Source: Strigamia acuminata (lineage: Eukaryota). From it: a stretch of DNA of 64,000 nucleotides. Of the stretch, positions 22,801 to 37,345 are shown in pieces. Below the pieces are notes generated by a model. The model was given only the letters and a program-made list of their open reading frames with translations, was not told the origin of the DNA and made no database searches. The number at the start of each line of letters is the position of its first letter. Positions within the stretch are counted from its first letter, which is position 1. The DNA lies in the NCBI GenBank assembly GCA_949358305.1, contig OX442314.1:29698001-29762000 (forward strand). Reading direction: 5' to 3'. The position numbers and the translations under genes are program-made.

Positions 22801-23269
22801 TTCTTTTTTTCTTTTTAGTAGTTTATTTTTAAAAAATATAATAACCGATAGATGAAGTGAGGCGCGGAAGATTGCCTTGCTTAAAAATGGGTCGCGATGC
22901 TAAAAAGTTTGGGAACCCCTGGTTTAATGCCATATCGAGTAATATCGATTAATATTGCCATTGCTTAAAACATCGAATAACGAATTCTTGTACTTTGCAC
23001 TTTTACTTTGCCCAAGCGTTGCTTAAATTTATTCAGCTCAAAATAAACCCATTAGTTGCTTCATCTTCACTATTCTCGGTTCTCACAAAAATACATTATC
23101 ATTTGCAAACCAATAGCACGCAAAAATGTATTACAAAATATATTCGCGTGAAGCCCAATGCATTTCAAAATGCATTGCAATATAAGCTTAATTCCAATGT
23201 ACTGGTTGTTATGCCCCATTTCTGATTTTTTAGTTCATTTTTGCTAATAAAAAAATACATCTATGCTCT

Positions 23270-23430
23270 TAACAAACGCATTCTTGTGACTAAACGACCA
23301 TTCAAAAGACCATTTTGGTTTATATAGCGTCTTTGTGGATCCGCTCCTGGTCCGATCAACAGATTTATGGGCTCACACAGTAAGTGCAGAAATGGGGCCC
23401 ATAGTTGCAAAAATTCTTTGCATTTACAGC
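23270..23430 (-). pseudogene. Possible MADF/Myb-SANT-like remnant (Harbinger ORF-type)
   Basis: Minus frame KSVDRTRSGSTKTLYKPKWSF resembles the SG...YKPKW end of MADF domains; stops present. Confidence 0.3.
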
Positions 23431-24052
23431 TCCATGAAGAATAAGGGCCCTGAAATTGATCCTTTTGCTTCGGCAAGAGTTGTGTGCTGCTTATTGATCG
23501 TGTGACCTAAGAATTTGTTATCATTTTGCAGCCATCGGCATTGTTTGTGTAGTGACACATGCACAGTCCTTTGATCAAGTATGGGAGCGTAATCGGCTTT
23601 TTGCAGATCCAACCTGCCTTCACTGAACAACTCATGTTGCATGTGAAGTTTACAATAGAAATTTTTATGTTAACAAAAAAAAATATTGTGTAATAAAGTG
23701 AAGGATTTTTCTCTGTCATACTGGGTTAGGTTAAAAAATGAAAAGAATAATCTGAAAAAAAATTTTTTTTTGAAGAGTTTTTGAATGTAGTTACGTAGTG
23801 GATGTAATGAAACTCTTTTATTATATCTGGGACTTGAAGATTTCCAATAGCGGAGTCATTTTTCTATTTCTTTGAAATTCTGATGTGTAATGATGTAAGA
23901 AGGAAAGAAAAGAGGAGGGAATCGTTTGTTCGAATGCATTCTTTATTGTCACTGGTTAAACCATGTTTGGTTGTAAAAATTTGGAATGGTAACAGGAAGT
24001 TAAAATGGCGTCCAAATGGCATCACTTCGTGTTGTGGTTGAGCCATTTTAAT

Positions 24053-24146
24053 TTTAATATCGGCGCAGGTATTGGTATCGGCCGATATTCGGTTGTCGAT
24101 TATCTGTATCGGCGATACTGCAAAATATCGATATCGGTCAAAGTCT
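24053..24146. repeat. Dispersed repeat (TATCGG-rich MITE end), second copy at 55974-56067
   Basis: About 90 bp, highly similar, both ending ATATCGGTCAAAGTCTA. Confidence 0.75.
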
Positions 24147-27084
24147 ACTCTAAATTAAGGCTGGTTCACACTTGCGTATACGCTGCGGATTTGCAGCTCA
24201 AAATGACGTCAATTCCGCAATAATATAGATCTGTAGGGAGTTCACACCTAAATCGCGAATCCTTAACGGTTTTTTGCTTAACAATTCCACAATTCCACAA
24301 TCAAAAGTAGATCGAATGTGGAATTGTGAAACCTGGAGGCCATGCTTGATAGCTGAAAAGACAATGATGTCTTGACAATGATGGCGTGAGCTGTGATTGG
24401 CTGCGGGAAAAAATCGCATGGGATAATAGAAAATACTCCTATTGTCAAAATACACAGAAAGTCTGCATTTTAACAGGAAGTGACGTCATCTTGAGCTGCG
24501 TAGTTTTACATCAAAATAGTTTTCTTTGATAAGGGGTGCGAGCACAAATTTTAAATGTCAAGGGGGTGCAGACTGCTTTAAAGAAGCAGGGACTTAAACG
24601 TACGCTGCTTAGTTTAGGTTAAACTGAACGTTAAACTGAACATGAAACGAGTTAGGTAGTTGCAATTATTATTTGTAGAAACTTTTTTTTAAACAATTGC
24701 AACGTATTTAGGTTACAATTTAAACAATTCTGCCCATCGGAGCAATAATCACATAATCAGATTTTTGTTGGGCCCTCAATAATTGAGTGATTATGATTAT
24801 TGCAATAATCAACTAATCACAATAATCGCTCATTTAATGAAACCCCTTACTGTTTCAATGTAATCCACCGGTGTACGCGTGATTCTACTTTGCAATCCAG
24901 ACCTTTCCGGACACCTAATTCTGCAAAACAGTGTTTATTTTAAAATGCATTAACTGAAAAGCAATATATTGCAAACTACATTCTTGAACCATACGGGTTG
25001 GCCCGCCTATGTGCTCGCATTTGGATATTAAACTCAGATTGCAGACCCCAATATGGTGCGGTACCCAATTTCGTCCAATAGGCTCTGCATATACATGAAC
25101 TATGCCCAAATGCGCCGCTAGAAATTGCGCATCTTGAAGATTAAAGCCAAAGAATCTTGTGGAACGGAGTAAGCTGTCACTTCATCAGCTTTAGAGTAGT
25201 GAGCCCTCCAAACATAGATAAATAACATTAACGATGGCTTTAAAGCCGCATGTAAATGAAATCGTGGAAGCACGCAATTTAAACACATGACACCCGAGCG
25301 TGATCATGCGATCGGCTTCAAGTTATTCCATAGTGTCACCGCTGCTTTCATTAGTTCACTTTTTTTCTGCGAAGCAATTTTATCTGCGAGTCCATTTCGC
25401 AGCAATTGACGCAAAATAGCATCTCTTTACAAATAGGGTGTGTGAATTTGAGGCAATTTCTCAAAAACAAACCACCATCTTCACATTTCACCGGTCTCAC
25501 ACACCAAACAGAAGAAAGAAAAACATAAAAAAAATAGTTAAAGCTGACAAACTTGCCAGCCCCTTTTAGATAAAAAAAAATTTAAGGAGCACTCTTTAAT
25601 GGAAACCAGATCCTCCTTATATGTGGAAGCATTTTATTCGAGTGCCAATCAGATCTACTCACAATTCCACAAGTTTCTATGGTCACTTTTCCCAGAGGAT
25701 TTTGAGTATCCACTGCAGGATTTATTCCTCAGTTGCCCTTATGCAACTCTGGGGAGAAATTCTCAATAGGTATTCAGTATTCAGTCAGTGTCTTGTGTCC
25801 TGACCATTGGTCAACTTGAAAAGAAAGTGCTTATTTTTTTTAGCCCTTTTCTATCCACTCTAATTTGGGTTGTTTGTGGGGGGATGGGGGGGGGGTTAGA
25901 AATGCATTTGCAAGTGAGATTTTTTCTTGTTTTTTTTTTTTTTTTTTTTTTCTTTTTCTGGTTGAAATTAGTTTCAGTTTTTATTGGAAAAGTTATTTTA
26001 TATTCTTACTTGAAATGGAATTTGAGATTTATGATTTTTTTTTTCTTTTTGGTTTGTAGTTTTTTTTCTCGCTTACTTTTTGAAGCATAATTGGGGTGTT
26101 AGAGGAGAAGTTGTTTGTTTGGAATTATGAAACAAAGTAGGCCTATATTGTGGGTGAGAATATAGGGAGTCACAATTTCTTAGAATTGATTCTCCTTGGT
26201 ATAGTCTGTATACAGTTGGAGAATAATGTGACCAGTCTTTGAGTGGTGGTTAAGCTCTGGTGGTGGTGGAATTCAAACAAGGCGAGTGCAATGTTTTGTT
26301 CCAATGGACAATTAAGAGGACATCATTAAGGCTAAAAACAAAAAAGGATAAATTTAATAACACAATTGAAATTAGAGTGTATGTCTGCAGAAAAAGAAGA
26401 CAAGAAAATAAATTGAGGGCTTGGTTTTTTGAAAATGACTAGTCATAAAAGGAATCTTGGGAAATCATGTTTTAGTAATTTTTAGGGGGAGTCCATTTGA
26501 CATTAGGGGCATTTTTTATTTATTTAAAGCTTAGTACTCATAAGATCATCTGCTGACAGAAGTGTATGAACACAGACTTTTCTGTGTGTATAGACTTGAT
26601 AGAAAAGCCTATCAGAATCGTCTGGTAGCAGAACATGTGCCAGTCTGTCACAGACTTTGTGGTACTCACAGCTCTATGCAACAGAAAAGAAATGGTGAAT
26701 GGCCATGAAAAAGAAGCAAGATGGATGCCAATAAAAATTTTTATTTAAAAACTGATAATCTATTTTTATAAATAGAATATATACAGTTGTTTGCATTTGT
26801 TGGCAGAACTGATTTCTGCTATGTTTGAGACCAGTAAAAAAAAATTACGACCAGTCACAAATTGTCAAGACCAATCGCTACTTTCTGTGCCACAGAAGTT
26901 TCTGTGCCTGGAAACGAAGATCAGCTTTCCGTTGCATCGACATGCCAGAAAGTTAATTTTTTACGTCACAGAACATATCTCACAGACATTTGTGAGTACC
27001 GGTTTAGCCTTGTACTTCTAAGCAGTTTCCTAAGTAGGAAACCAGTCTGCCCACAGAAATTTAGGGTGGAATCCTTTTGTCCTT

Positions 27085-27212
27085 AAGGTGAAAGAATCCT
27101 TTTGACTCCAGGGTGAAAAAATCCTTTTGACTTCAGGGTGAAAGAATCATTTTGACTTCAGGGTGAAAGAATCATTTTGACTTCAGGGTGAAAGAATCAT
27201 TTTGACTACAGG
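27085..27212. repeat. 25-bp minisatellite (AGGGTGAAAGAATCATTTTGACTTC) x 5
   Basis: Direct inspection; head-to-tail with no spacers. Confidence 0.9.
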
Positions 27213-29109
27213 ATAAAATACTTTTTTTTCATTTAGGGTGAATGGTTATGGATGCCCAGTCTATAAGTTACTTAAACCAGTTTTGTAGAACTTATAATTT
27301 AGGAATTTATGAACTTATAAACTTTAATTTAATGCTGAAATTAGCCATAAAAAGTTAGATCGGCATCCATTTTGTTTTAAGTTGCTAAAAGACCATTCAC
27401 ACTGACAGAATGGGGGCATGTTTTGCATTTATGACGTCAGGTTTACGAAAACTTTTTTTCCACTTGAGATGTTGAAACTTTTGATTTTTGTTTGATTTTA
27501 TTTTTCTAGATGTTTGTTCTATTTATGCTTTGAATACCTGACATTGAACGACGTGTCTTGGAGACAAGTGTTATGCCAAAATAGTGGAATAAAACCACTT
27601 CCTGTTTAAATTTTTACCTAACCATAACTGTGCAATTGCTTCGACTCAATTTCTATCAACTTTTGACAAAATATCAACTCGAAACCCCGGTCAACCACTC
27701 CAAAACGATTTGCAAACACGAAAGTTGTCAGATCTCAGGTTTATCTTCTTTAAGCCAAGTTTCAGACAGTTAAACAATAATAAGAAAATCTGTTTGCAAG
27801 CTGATTAACTGCAAAAATTGTAAACACAACCGAAAAAATATTTAAATTTTTAATTTGAACCATGATTTATTGTTAAAAACGTTTACCCATGCACGGTGAA
27901 CTAAAGCAAACTAGCCCACAGCCACAAATGTTGAAGTCGGATAGAGAAAACATCAAAGAAGGTAATTTAAATCACATAAATCAGTCAAATAACTTTTTGA
28001 ATGCAGCTGTCATGTTTGTTAAAAGGAAAAGAGATTTATTATGTAGTGTTAACACGGAAACGTGGTAAGTTGTTATTGTCGCTGTCATATCGACACTGCA
28101 AAAAAAGTGAGATTTCCATATGGAAAGTTGAATGGAAATATAGCTGTAAATGATCGTCTTCCCGCATAGTGGAAATGTGTATGGGAAGTTCGTGTATGGA
28201 AAGTTATATTTCCATCGCGAGATGAGGTCATTTAGTCGAATATCACTTCGTCAACGTCGTTTAATCGACGCCGTTTTGTCGACCAGGTCACCTAGTCGAC
28301 AGCTAAATTTGACAAAGCGACCTAGTCGACGATACGGTGTCGACAAAATAAACCTTTTTATTTATTTTTTGTTTGTTTGTATAAATAAAGTATATTAAAA
28401 GTTATAACTATTCGTAAACTGCATCGCCGCTTAAAATTTTGTTCACACTTTTTCCTTCTTCATTTGTTGTTGTCGTTTATTTTTTGTTCCCTTCACATAG
28501 CCAGTGCAATATTTATGTTTGGTGATGGCGTTCCGCTCCTGCATTGTTCAAGGGCTGTGTAGTGATTGCATAAGTCGCATTTGCACAATCTGCTTACCCT
28601 TGCACTTCAAAGGGTCTTAAAGTAATGTTTACACAACTAATTAAAAGAACTAGCGACAAAAAGTAGACGAAAAATATGTTTGCATTAAATTTAACATTAA
28701 AAATGCATTTGAACGACAAAACATGTTTGACTGCAATTTTAAACACGAATGCAGCTAAGGTTGCAAATGCATGTGTGTGTTGAAGTGGTCTTATAAAAAC
28801 TATTAGCTATTGTTCATGAAATTTGTTGTTATGTTGTGGTATGTCTACCACAAACCCACTGCCTCTGTAGAAACTTTCTGCCCACATTTTAATGGGATGG
28901 GAATGGAGTATTGTGGGATTTCAATTGTTTGGTGCAGTATATATGGGTAGCAGTGCGGTCAACTGTAAAAGGCATCGCTGCAAGAATTTCAAAACACACT
29001 CAACTGTGGATTTGACATCTTCTTTGACTAAGCTTGTACTTCCAGTACAGCCAATCCTCATACATCTCAGATTTATTTTTAGGGAAGCCAGCGAATTTTT
29101 TAATTTAAC

Positions 29110-29502
29110 TGAAAATCAGTTGGGAATCCAGCGAATCAGTTTGGAATTCAGCAGATTGGTTGAAAATCCAGAAAATTAGTTGCAAATACAGAAAATGTTA
29201 AAAAGCAGAAAATCAGTTGAAAATCCAGAAAATTAGTTGAAAATCCAGAAAATCAGTTGAAAATCCAGAAAATCAGTTGAAAAGCCAGAAAATCAGTTGA
29301 AAATCCAGAAAATCAGTTGAAAATCCAGAAAATCAGTTGAAAATCCAGAAATCAGTTGAAAATCCAGAAAATCATTGAAAATCCAGCAAATCAATTGAAA
29401 ATCCAGAAAATCAGTTGAAAATCAGTTAAGAATCCAGAAAATCAGTTAAAATCCAGAAAATCAGTTAAAAATCTAGAAAATCAGTTGAAAATCCAGAAAA
29501 TC
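29110..29502. repeat. 20-bp minisatellite (AAATCCAGAAAATCAGTTGA) x ~18
   Basis: Direct inspection; homogeneous centre, degenerate edges. Confidence 0.9.
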
Positions 29503-30049
29503 TGTGGCAAATCTAGCAATTGCACAACATTTAAACAACAAAACTTGTTTCTCTGCAATTCTCCACACATTTAACGCTATTAAATAACTTTCGTTGTTCA
29601 AGAGGCTGTCTAAAATATGCAATTAGACTAGTTAAAAGCAAATTGACCTGAAACTAAAACTAAAAGACTTCGAATGCAGTTACTCAATGTGTAGTTTCAA
29701 ACGGTTCTAGACCAGGCTAGTTACAGTATGTTGATGCACAATTGGCATCACATTCTGCACTAGCATTTAACATGGCTATTGTCGGGCTTATTACACAGAA
29801 GAAAATATTTTTTTGTTTATGTTGTATTGTAGCAGCGTTAACATAAACACTGCTGAAACAACAACACTAATTAGGGAATCATCTGCGCAGAAAGGGATGG
29901 ACTGTTTGAATTTATAATCAAGGTAGCTGGCAGGAACTGTCGATGGAATTTTGAGAATAAAGCATTGATTTTGGACCGCACTCTGGAATAAGATTTCAGG
30001 TCTAGCTTAGTAATCTTTTTGTTTACCTTATCGGTATTTTAAAATTGGC

Positions 30050-30355
30050 AGTGGCTACGTTCATATCCGATTTATTATTAACGTATTATTTTCAAGGCGC
30101 GCTGTGATTGGTTGAGAGCTAACGATGGCGCTTCGTTTCATCAATGTAAGTTTTCTCAAATCCATGTATTTCGAGGTGATATCTTCTTTTTTCCTAACAA
30201 GGGGGGGAACCCCCCCCCCCCCAGACCTAACCTTATCTGTTTTTAGCAATGTAGACAGAACGCGGTTTTTCGTCAATGTAATTCAATGCATCTTTTAACC
30301 AATCACAGCGCGCCTTGAAAACAATACGTTCCTGTCGGACGTCAACGTAGCCACT
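30050..30355. mobile_element. MITE with ~65-bp imperfect inverted arms
   Basis: AGTGGCTACGTT...TTTTCAAGGCGCGCTGTGATTGGTT mirrored by AACCAATCACAGCGCGCCTTGAAAA...AACGTAGCCACT; internal ACCTAACCT. Confidence 0.7.
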
Positions 30356-31506
30356 TCGTTTAAAATTTGTTTTTCAATTCTGCGATCAGCCAATTGTTCG
30401 TAAGTCTCACAAAGGCGTGCTACATGTGTACAATGTGGAAAAATTGTTCACCCCAATTAAAGAAAACATTATTGATTTTATTTCTTTAATTTTTTTAATT
30501 ATAAATTAATAAAGGTCATAATAAATAAGATTTAACAACAATAAGAACGTGGGTTTTGCGCTCAGCCTAGTGCCAGATACGTAAACTACGGTATGCATTT
30601 CTACAAATTTGAAGTTTGTAACTCGGGTGTTCGTAAGTTACTGTACTCACAGCATATACAGCAGGGGGTACGACATTCAACAGAATCTCTGACATGGGAT
30701 TTCGAATCCCGTTCCGATTACCCGAATCCCGAATCTTTACATTTTACAAAAATTTTGAATGTTTTGTCGAAAATTGAACAAAAGTTAAAATATTTCCGAC
30801 TTTTTTTTTATTAAAATAATCATCTAAATCTTTCCGAATCCCATGTGAATCCCACCCGAATCCTATGAAAGATTCGAATCCGACATTAATATGAGGCTGT
30901 ACTCAGTAATAACCATCACCCACAAAGCATTGCACATATTTGGAAAATTAAACGGCTGGAAAAACCTAATTTAACTAATGTGCAACTAAAGTTTGATGTC
31001 ATTTTGGTGCCATTTTAAATTAAGGACAACATATTAACGCGATTAAGCCGTCTTTTGTCACTTAGCAAAGTTCAACTCGATTTGCTTCAAATGATGGTCA
31101 TCAAAATCTTTGAGTTTAACTGCACTTCAGCGAGTGTCTGTTCTTTTCAATAGACCAGCAGTTGGAAAAGGAAGCTGTCCCAACTGCATCACATTGGTCT
31201 GCCTCCTCGTAAAATCTACATGACTACCTAGGGGGGCATAAAACCATGATCTCCTTTTCCTTTCTCGTTCAATTTTGAATTCATAAGTGGACTGGGAAAC
31301 CGGAACATTTTCTAACCACTTCCAAAATTCACAAGTTTCCGTCCAACAAAAGACATTATTGAAAAGATACCGCAAACTCCATCTACATTTTGTGCCCGGA
31401 ATCTAATGCCAAATTCAAACTGTGCATCACATTCTGCGCATGCATTTAACATGGCGATTGTCAAGCTTGTTGTACACAAAGGAAATAAATCAACAATATT
31501 TTAGCA

Positions 31507-31690
31507 CAGTTGAAACTTTTTATAATGAATCGCAAGGGACCCGAAAAATCGATTCGTTGTAACGAGAATTCGTTATATCGAAATTTTTTAACATGTCGTT
31601 CTATGGCCAGCCAACCAAACCGGCCATTTTCAGGTGTTCGTTATATCGATAATTCGTTATATTACGATTCGTTATAAAGAGTTTTGAATG
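31507..31690. mobile_element. Tigger/pogo-like MITE
   Basis: CAGTTGAAACTTTTTATAATGAAT ... ATTCGTTATAAAGAGTTTTGAATG|TA; the reverse complement resembles 58858-59000. Confidence 0.7.
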
Positions 31691-32750
31691 TATCATGAGT
31701 TGTATTGTTGTTGATTTACTTTACTGTAGCATTATTAGACTTAATATTAGGCTTAATACTGCTAAATAACGACTGGAATTAGGAAATCGTCTGTGCAGAA
31801 TGAGATGCGCACCATGATTTTGGAATCAAGGTAACGGGCATTGATGCGTGCAGTAGTGCTGGTCTTAAGGGATGCCAGTCTCCGGAGACTTCCCTCTGCA
31901 TCGATAAAATTCTGCCGAAATCGGTGTAAAAATGTACAGATGTCGAAACTTGTTCGCAGATTTCAGCATCTAGAGGGAGGTAATTATAGTCTTAGAACCA
32001 TGGGTTAGTGCCCGCCCGGTGCCCGGTCTAGAGTGAGTTTTTGGCACTACTTGACGTTAGGAGAGTTCACGTTTTTGCCCGTCTGGAGGAATGCCCGGTC
32101 CTCGGGATGTTGTGGGAGTTCACTGTATATAAAATATGAATCAATACTAGGTTTCTAGTTTACTTTTGAAGCCACAACTCAACTAGAAATAGAAAAAACG
32201 ATGAAGCATGTCTCTAAACAAATTTTGAAAATGATTTTAGTTTTTATGGGATAAAAAATAGAAATATATATCCAAATTCTAAATAAATTGTAATTGAAAA
32301 TTAAATTATGAAAATACTGCACCACTACCAGACCTCCATGTTAATCCACGAAACAAATTTACCTTGAAAAAATTAAAATAAAACTACGAAATAAGATTTA
32401 ACAATACAAAGAAAGCTTTTTAAAAAAATACTTAATTGACGAAAACGTTCCTAAAACGACTTATTCCTTTATTTTTCCAGTCCCGTCCCGCACTCCCAAG
32501 TTGGAACTCGCCTGGAAGAACACTTTCCACTTTGCGCCACCAGTGGCGCTTATAATCAATTGAATCCAATAGCGAAGCGTGCGCGCTGAGGCCTTCGCCG
32601 CTTCCTCTTCGTCTAGCTGCACTCCAGTCGATGCCCTGCTCACGGCTGCAGCACGTTTGTGTCTTTGGGTTCCGTGGTGACTCCCCCTCTACCTACTCTG
32701 GTGATGGGTCGTCTGGAAACGCATCATAAATCACTATTAACTGTCTACTG

Positions 32751-32805
32751 ATGGCCGCTGCAAATATTTCAGTGTTGTTGATCGCCTTCCTCGTCTTCTT
32801 TCACG
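32751..32805 (+). CDS. Probable first coding exon (signal peptide MAAANISVLLIAFLVFFH-G) of a secreted or membrane protein gene
   Basis: ATG plus hydrophobic core, strong donor CG|GTAAGC (phase 1), preceded by a GC-richer ~200-nt leader and a TATAA at ~32551. Confidence 0.6.
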
Positions 32806-33828
32806 GTAAGCGAACATTTATTTATTTCTATATATTTCTCAATGCTATTTCGTCGTTTCGGATCAAAGCTTAACCGGATTTTACAAACTTAATTAGGAGA
32901 TAAAAGTGAGCTTTTGGGCCGGCTTCGCGGCCATTTGCACGCTACATTTGTTTGAATAATTTAGCCAATTACTATTTTGCTTTGTTTTGTTAGAAAAATG
33001 TGGAATTTTTTAAAATTGATTTTATTTTTTAAATTTTAAAATGTTTTTTATTTGTTTTAGAAAATATAATTTTTTTAAGTAACTTGTGAATTTGTAACTT
33101 GTGCAAAAATCAAGATGGCGGATTTTTGTCAAGATTTAATGATTTGTTTGTGGCCATTTTTGGAGTTTGTGAGTGGAAATGGGAATATAAAATATATACA
33201 CCGTAAACGCTTTAATAGAACACGTTTTTTTATTGACAGAACTTAGATTTGTCTCATAATTTTTTAATGTTCTTGATCAATTTAAACATTTATTTTAGTC
33301 GTTTTGTTTAATTTAGATGTTGAATTTTGTCATTTTGGTTAGTTTGAAGGACAACGCGTTCTATTAGAACATTTGCGGTGCATATAAATTATTTAAATTC
33401 CTTTTTGGTGAATGATTGGATACAGGAATGGCTAAATAAAATATCAATTAAATTAGAATTAATTTTGTGAAGAATTTCTCCACATAATACTAATGTTCTC
33501 TGAGAAAAGCACTTGCATTCAAAACATGGTTGTTGATAAAGGTTTTTGAAAGCAGTTTCTTTTGAAAGCACGTTTGGTTTTGTTTAATTTCTCGATGGAA
33601 TAAATAGAAATGGAAACAATTGCATGTTTTAAAAACTTCAAATCTGTGCAGAGAAATAATTCTTTGAAATTTTTTGCCTGGAAATGGATTAATAATGTTT
33701 AAAGAGACTGAAGCACTTCATGTATAATTCCAAGCAATTTCAATAGGATTAAACCTAGCATGAACATCTCTAAGGCAATAAGACATACTTCAAAAGAGTT
33801 CGCAATTGAATAAAAGTTGAATCACGAT

Positions 33829-33831
<3 letters not shown>

Positions 33832-33872
<41 letters not shown>
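33832..33872. repeat. (TTTA)n microsatellite
   Basis: Direct inspection; similar tracts at 37316-37338 and 60896-60928. Confidence 0.85.
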
Positions 33873-35712
33873 CTTCGGATGTCAGCATGATTGTATTTTC
33901 AAAGTATAAAATACGTGAAATTATAACGTAATCCCGTAAAAGGATCGTACGTATACACAAAAAATCATTAGTCCGGGCAAGACTAAAAGGTAGTGGTATT
34001 GGATTTTGGCATACGAAGGATGGTGGGATGTGTTGTTATGAATGTGACTCGTTAGGCACATGTGATGGGCCTCAAAAGCAGACATGGTGCCGAGACGCAT
34101 CAATCCAAATGCATATATAAACAGGCCTTTTCACCAATAAGCACATTCAAAGCTCTGTTGATAGACTCAGTCAAAGTGGATCGAAAGGCTGTGGTGGATG
34201 GGAAGAGAAAAAAGCCGGACGAAATGCCAAAATTCATAACACCGCTTGAGTAATTTGATCAACCTTGTGGTTGTTGCTGCTGCAATGGGAATAAAGCGGT
34301 TTACGGCGTTACAAAACCTGGAAATCAATTTCTTTTATATATCTTCTACCTCGCTATAAGTTAACATTGTTGAAATTGTGAATATTTCTTGGTGTTGTGA
34401 GATAGATTATCATTGTTGAATGTGTTGATAAGATATACAGCGGCTCTTATTCAAAACTGCCACTTTCAGCCACGGCTATTAATCGACTGCGGCTCTTAAT
34501 CGAGGGCGGCTCTTATTTTAAATAGCGACCAATTCTCAATGTTATGTTTATTGAACGTATATGGCCGCGGCTATTATTCGAAGGCGGCTTTTATATCAAA
34601 TCGGCTCTCTCGGTCGCGGCTCTTATTTGAGGGCGGCTACAATTGGAGGGCGACTATTAATCGGTAAAATACGGTAATTGTTTTCCTCAATACCGTTTGG
34701 TGTTGAAGTGAAGCCTCTTTTGGTGCGGCTATGATTCAAAACCGGAAATGGTGAATGAGTGACGGAAGCGTGAGGGGAGGGGCGGAGAACAATACAGAAC
34801 ATTGATAAAGTTAATACCAGGTTTTTCATTTGTTGTTGATCTATTTTCAAATTGAGGACGCCGTTACAGTGGTGTTGGTTACCGTGGTTACGGATTTAAC
34901 GATACTTTCAAATGGAGAACAATACAAATACAAACAGGCACCCTGTCTACTGGGCTATGACCATGCTAAGTGTCATAATACAATACAATACACACGATTT
35001 GAACTTCTATTTCACATGCGTATCACTTTACTCTGTAGTGTTTTATTAAAGGAAACAGCCGAAAGGCCTATGGAAAGATTAGCGAATTTTAATTGTTATT
35101 TAATTCTTTAATAATACACTCGATGTTTCACTTCTATCGTGAGGTTTTAAGCACATAATTTTTTTTACAACTGATTTTACCCGAAAATAACAGCATGGTG
35201 TTGTATTCGAGTTTCTTTGAAAACTGTAATTGTGAATTTTTTATTGTTTTCAAATACAACACCATGGTGTTATATTCAGATTTGTATAAAAATATTTAAA
35301 ACGTACAGTATATCGTTGTTTTTGTTAATTTATATATCTTTTTTGTTTTTTTTAATCAGCGTAATGAATACAAATTAATAGAGTAAATAACAATTTTACT
35401 TTCTCGACAAACTTACATGATATCGGCTGAATATAACACCATGGTGTTAGATTCGAATACAACACCATGGTCTTATTTTCGGGTGAAGACGATAGTATGA
35501 ATGGTTCGATGACATCAGCTACACTGCATTTCTTTGTATCCATTTCTAAACTTTGGGATAAGATGTGCAGCATACTTTTAAAAAAAACGGATAACATTAG
35601 CTTTGCGGGGGTCTTATTTTTTAGTTTTCTTTTAGTCGTCAAGACAAACAAAAATATTATGACGGGTATATAATCCATGCTAAGGGTTTTATCAGCATTG
35701 TTGAATAACCAT

Positions 35713-35938
35713 TGGGGCGTGTCATCTAGCGCGAAAAAATCTACCGTGACACGAATCTACCGCGACTTTTGAAACTGCGACTACGTATATTTTAGGTTTA
35801 ATTCCTAAGAAGGGCTAACAAGAGGGGGCGCAAACCTAACCTTACTGGTTTTTTGATAAAAAAACATTTTTTTTAGTCGGCTTGTCGCGGTACATTGTTG
35901 TCGTGGTAAATTGTGTCGCGCTAGATGTGCGGCCCCTA
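35713..35938. mobile_element. MITE with inverted arms and internal AACCTAACCT
   Basis: GGGGCGTGTCATCTAGCGCGA ... TCGCGCTAGATGTGCGGCCCC with subterminal 17-bp repeats. Confidence 0.6.
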
Positions 35939-36049
35939 ACCATTCCCATCACAATCTTCCTCCGCATTGCCAAGGCGGGAGTTGACGCAATGGTTTTACC
36001 ATTGGCTCGTGCAGTTTCCGTCAATTTAACCGCGAAGCAAATCCTGAAG

Positions 36050-37345
36050 GGATATTGGTCGGTTTGCGCTAGTAGTAAACAAAGATAATTAGGATATTGA
36101 GGAGTGAACAGGAGGGGCTATTGATGATACCCACAATCCCATCCCTAGGGTGATCCAGATAATGGGAGAAAGTATCCGGATAGATTACGTTGGCACAAAT
36201 GTGGCCCTCCTTGATCAATTGATGAGGTTAGTGATTGATCGTTCCCTTCTTGGCATCTGAGACTGGGGATATGGTGGTGGCACAGTGTGTTTTTCAAGAT
36301 GGCAACGAGCCAGAAAACAAAAAAAAGGTTTCAGACTTGAATTGTTGCCATGTAAATGGAGGAACGGAGAAGCAGAAAAGGCGTAATAGTTGGAATTGAA
36401 TGAAATTTCAAATTTCTGCCATTAGAGGGTGTTAAAATGAGATAGCCAATGAACAGGAAGATGAAAGAGCTGTGGTGTGATATATCAAGGCAGGAAATTG
36501 CATTAGGGTTCTTTGTATGGTTTTTCTCTGTTGATGTCAGAAGCCTGGGGTGGTCCTGCTAGTTGCAGGAAGTTGGAGATTATATTCACATCTTCCTTAT
36601 CTGTTTCTGTGGGGAAAGAATGTGCTGTGATAGACACTGATCTCTTGTTTATTGATTTCTTTTTATGACGGTTGATACAGATAGGAAATATTTTTGTTGT
36701 TAGTTTTTTGTCTCTTTCTTGTGGTATCATCATCATTGAAGCGTTAAATGCAATTGCTTCAAATTTTTCGCACGAGTGAAGGTGACACTGTACAGGACTA
36801 TTGCTGGAGACTTGTGGACAATTCTAAAGTGAGGTTTGTTGGATGGTTTGTTAAGATTTTTTTTTTTTTTTTTTTTAAGTTTGTTGTTGGAAGTATTGTT
36901 GTTACAAAAGATGAATTGGCGTTTGGGTTAACCTTGGTGACACTGTGGGAGTTCAAATTGATTGAATTGTGTCCCCACGGACAGATGACAAGGAGGACAT
37001 TTGAACTCAAAGATCTTCATTTTTTACCTACAGCCCGGTGTCTTGGTGCTAAATTTAAACTGCGCTCATGATTTCTGTAGATACCATGTTGTTGTATCAG
37101 TATTAGGCCTAAACAAAGAAAATTTATGATATTGTCATTAAAATCAATAACATTTTTACACTTTGCGCTGATACTTTCTTCTTGACTCTTCTTCTGCTAT
37201 CTGCATGTCTCATTGCCGTCACTTCCATCGGCGCCTACATCGTCACTTATTATCTGTTCAATAATTATTGTACCTCACTTGTAACTCATTTCTTTTTACT
37301 CCTTTGGAGTGCGATTAAATAAATAAATAAATAAATAAACAAACA
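36050..37345 (-). mobile_element. Possible highly degenerate Copia-like relic
   Basis: Minus strand ...CAACA|TGGTATC boundary at 37087/37086. The translated KHTVPPPYPQSQMPRRERSITNL (~36230-36295) loosely resembles Copia integrase TVPYTPQQNGVAERxNRTL. Confidence 0.3.

Noticed and set aside
25600..26460. Possible LINE endonuclease relic (minus-strand GKSDH-like motif near 25680-25700)
   Set aside because: Single short motif with a frameshift; no supporting motifs could be read.
27085..29502. Short regular repeats (also 22539-22800) as possible CRISPR arrays
   Set aside because: Head-to-tail units with no unique spacers, no cas genes, eukaryotic context.
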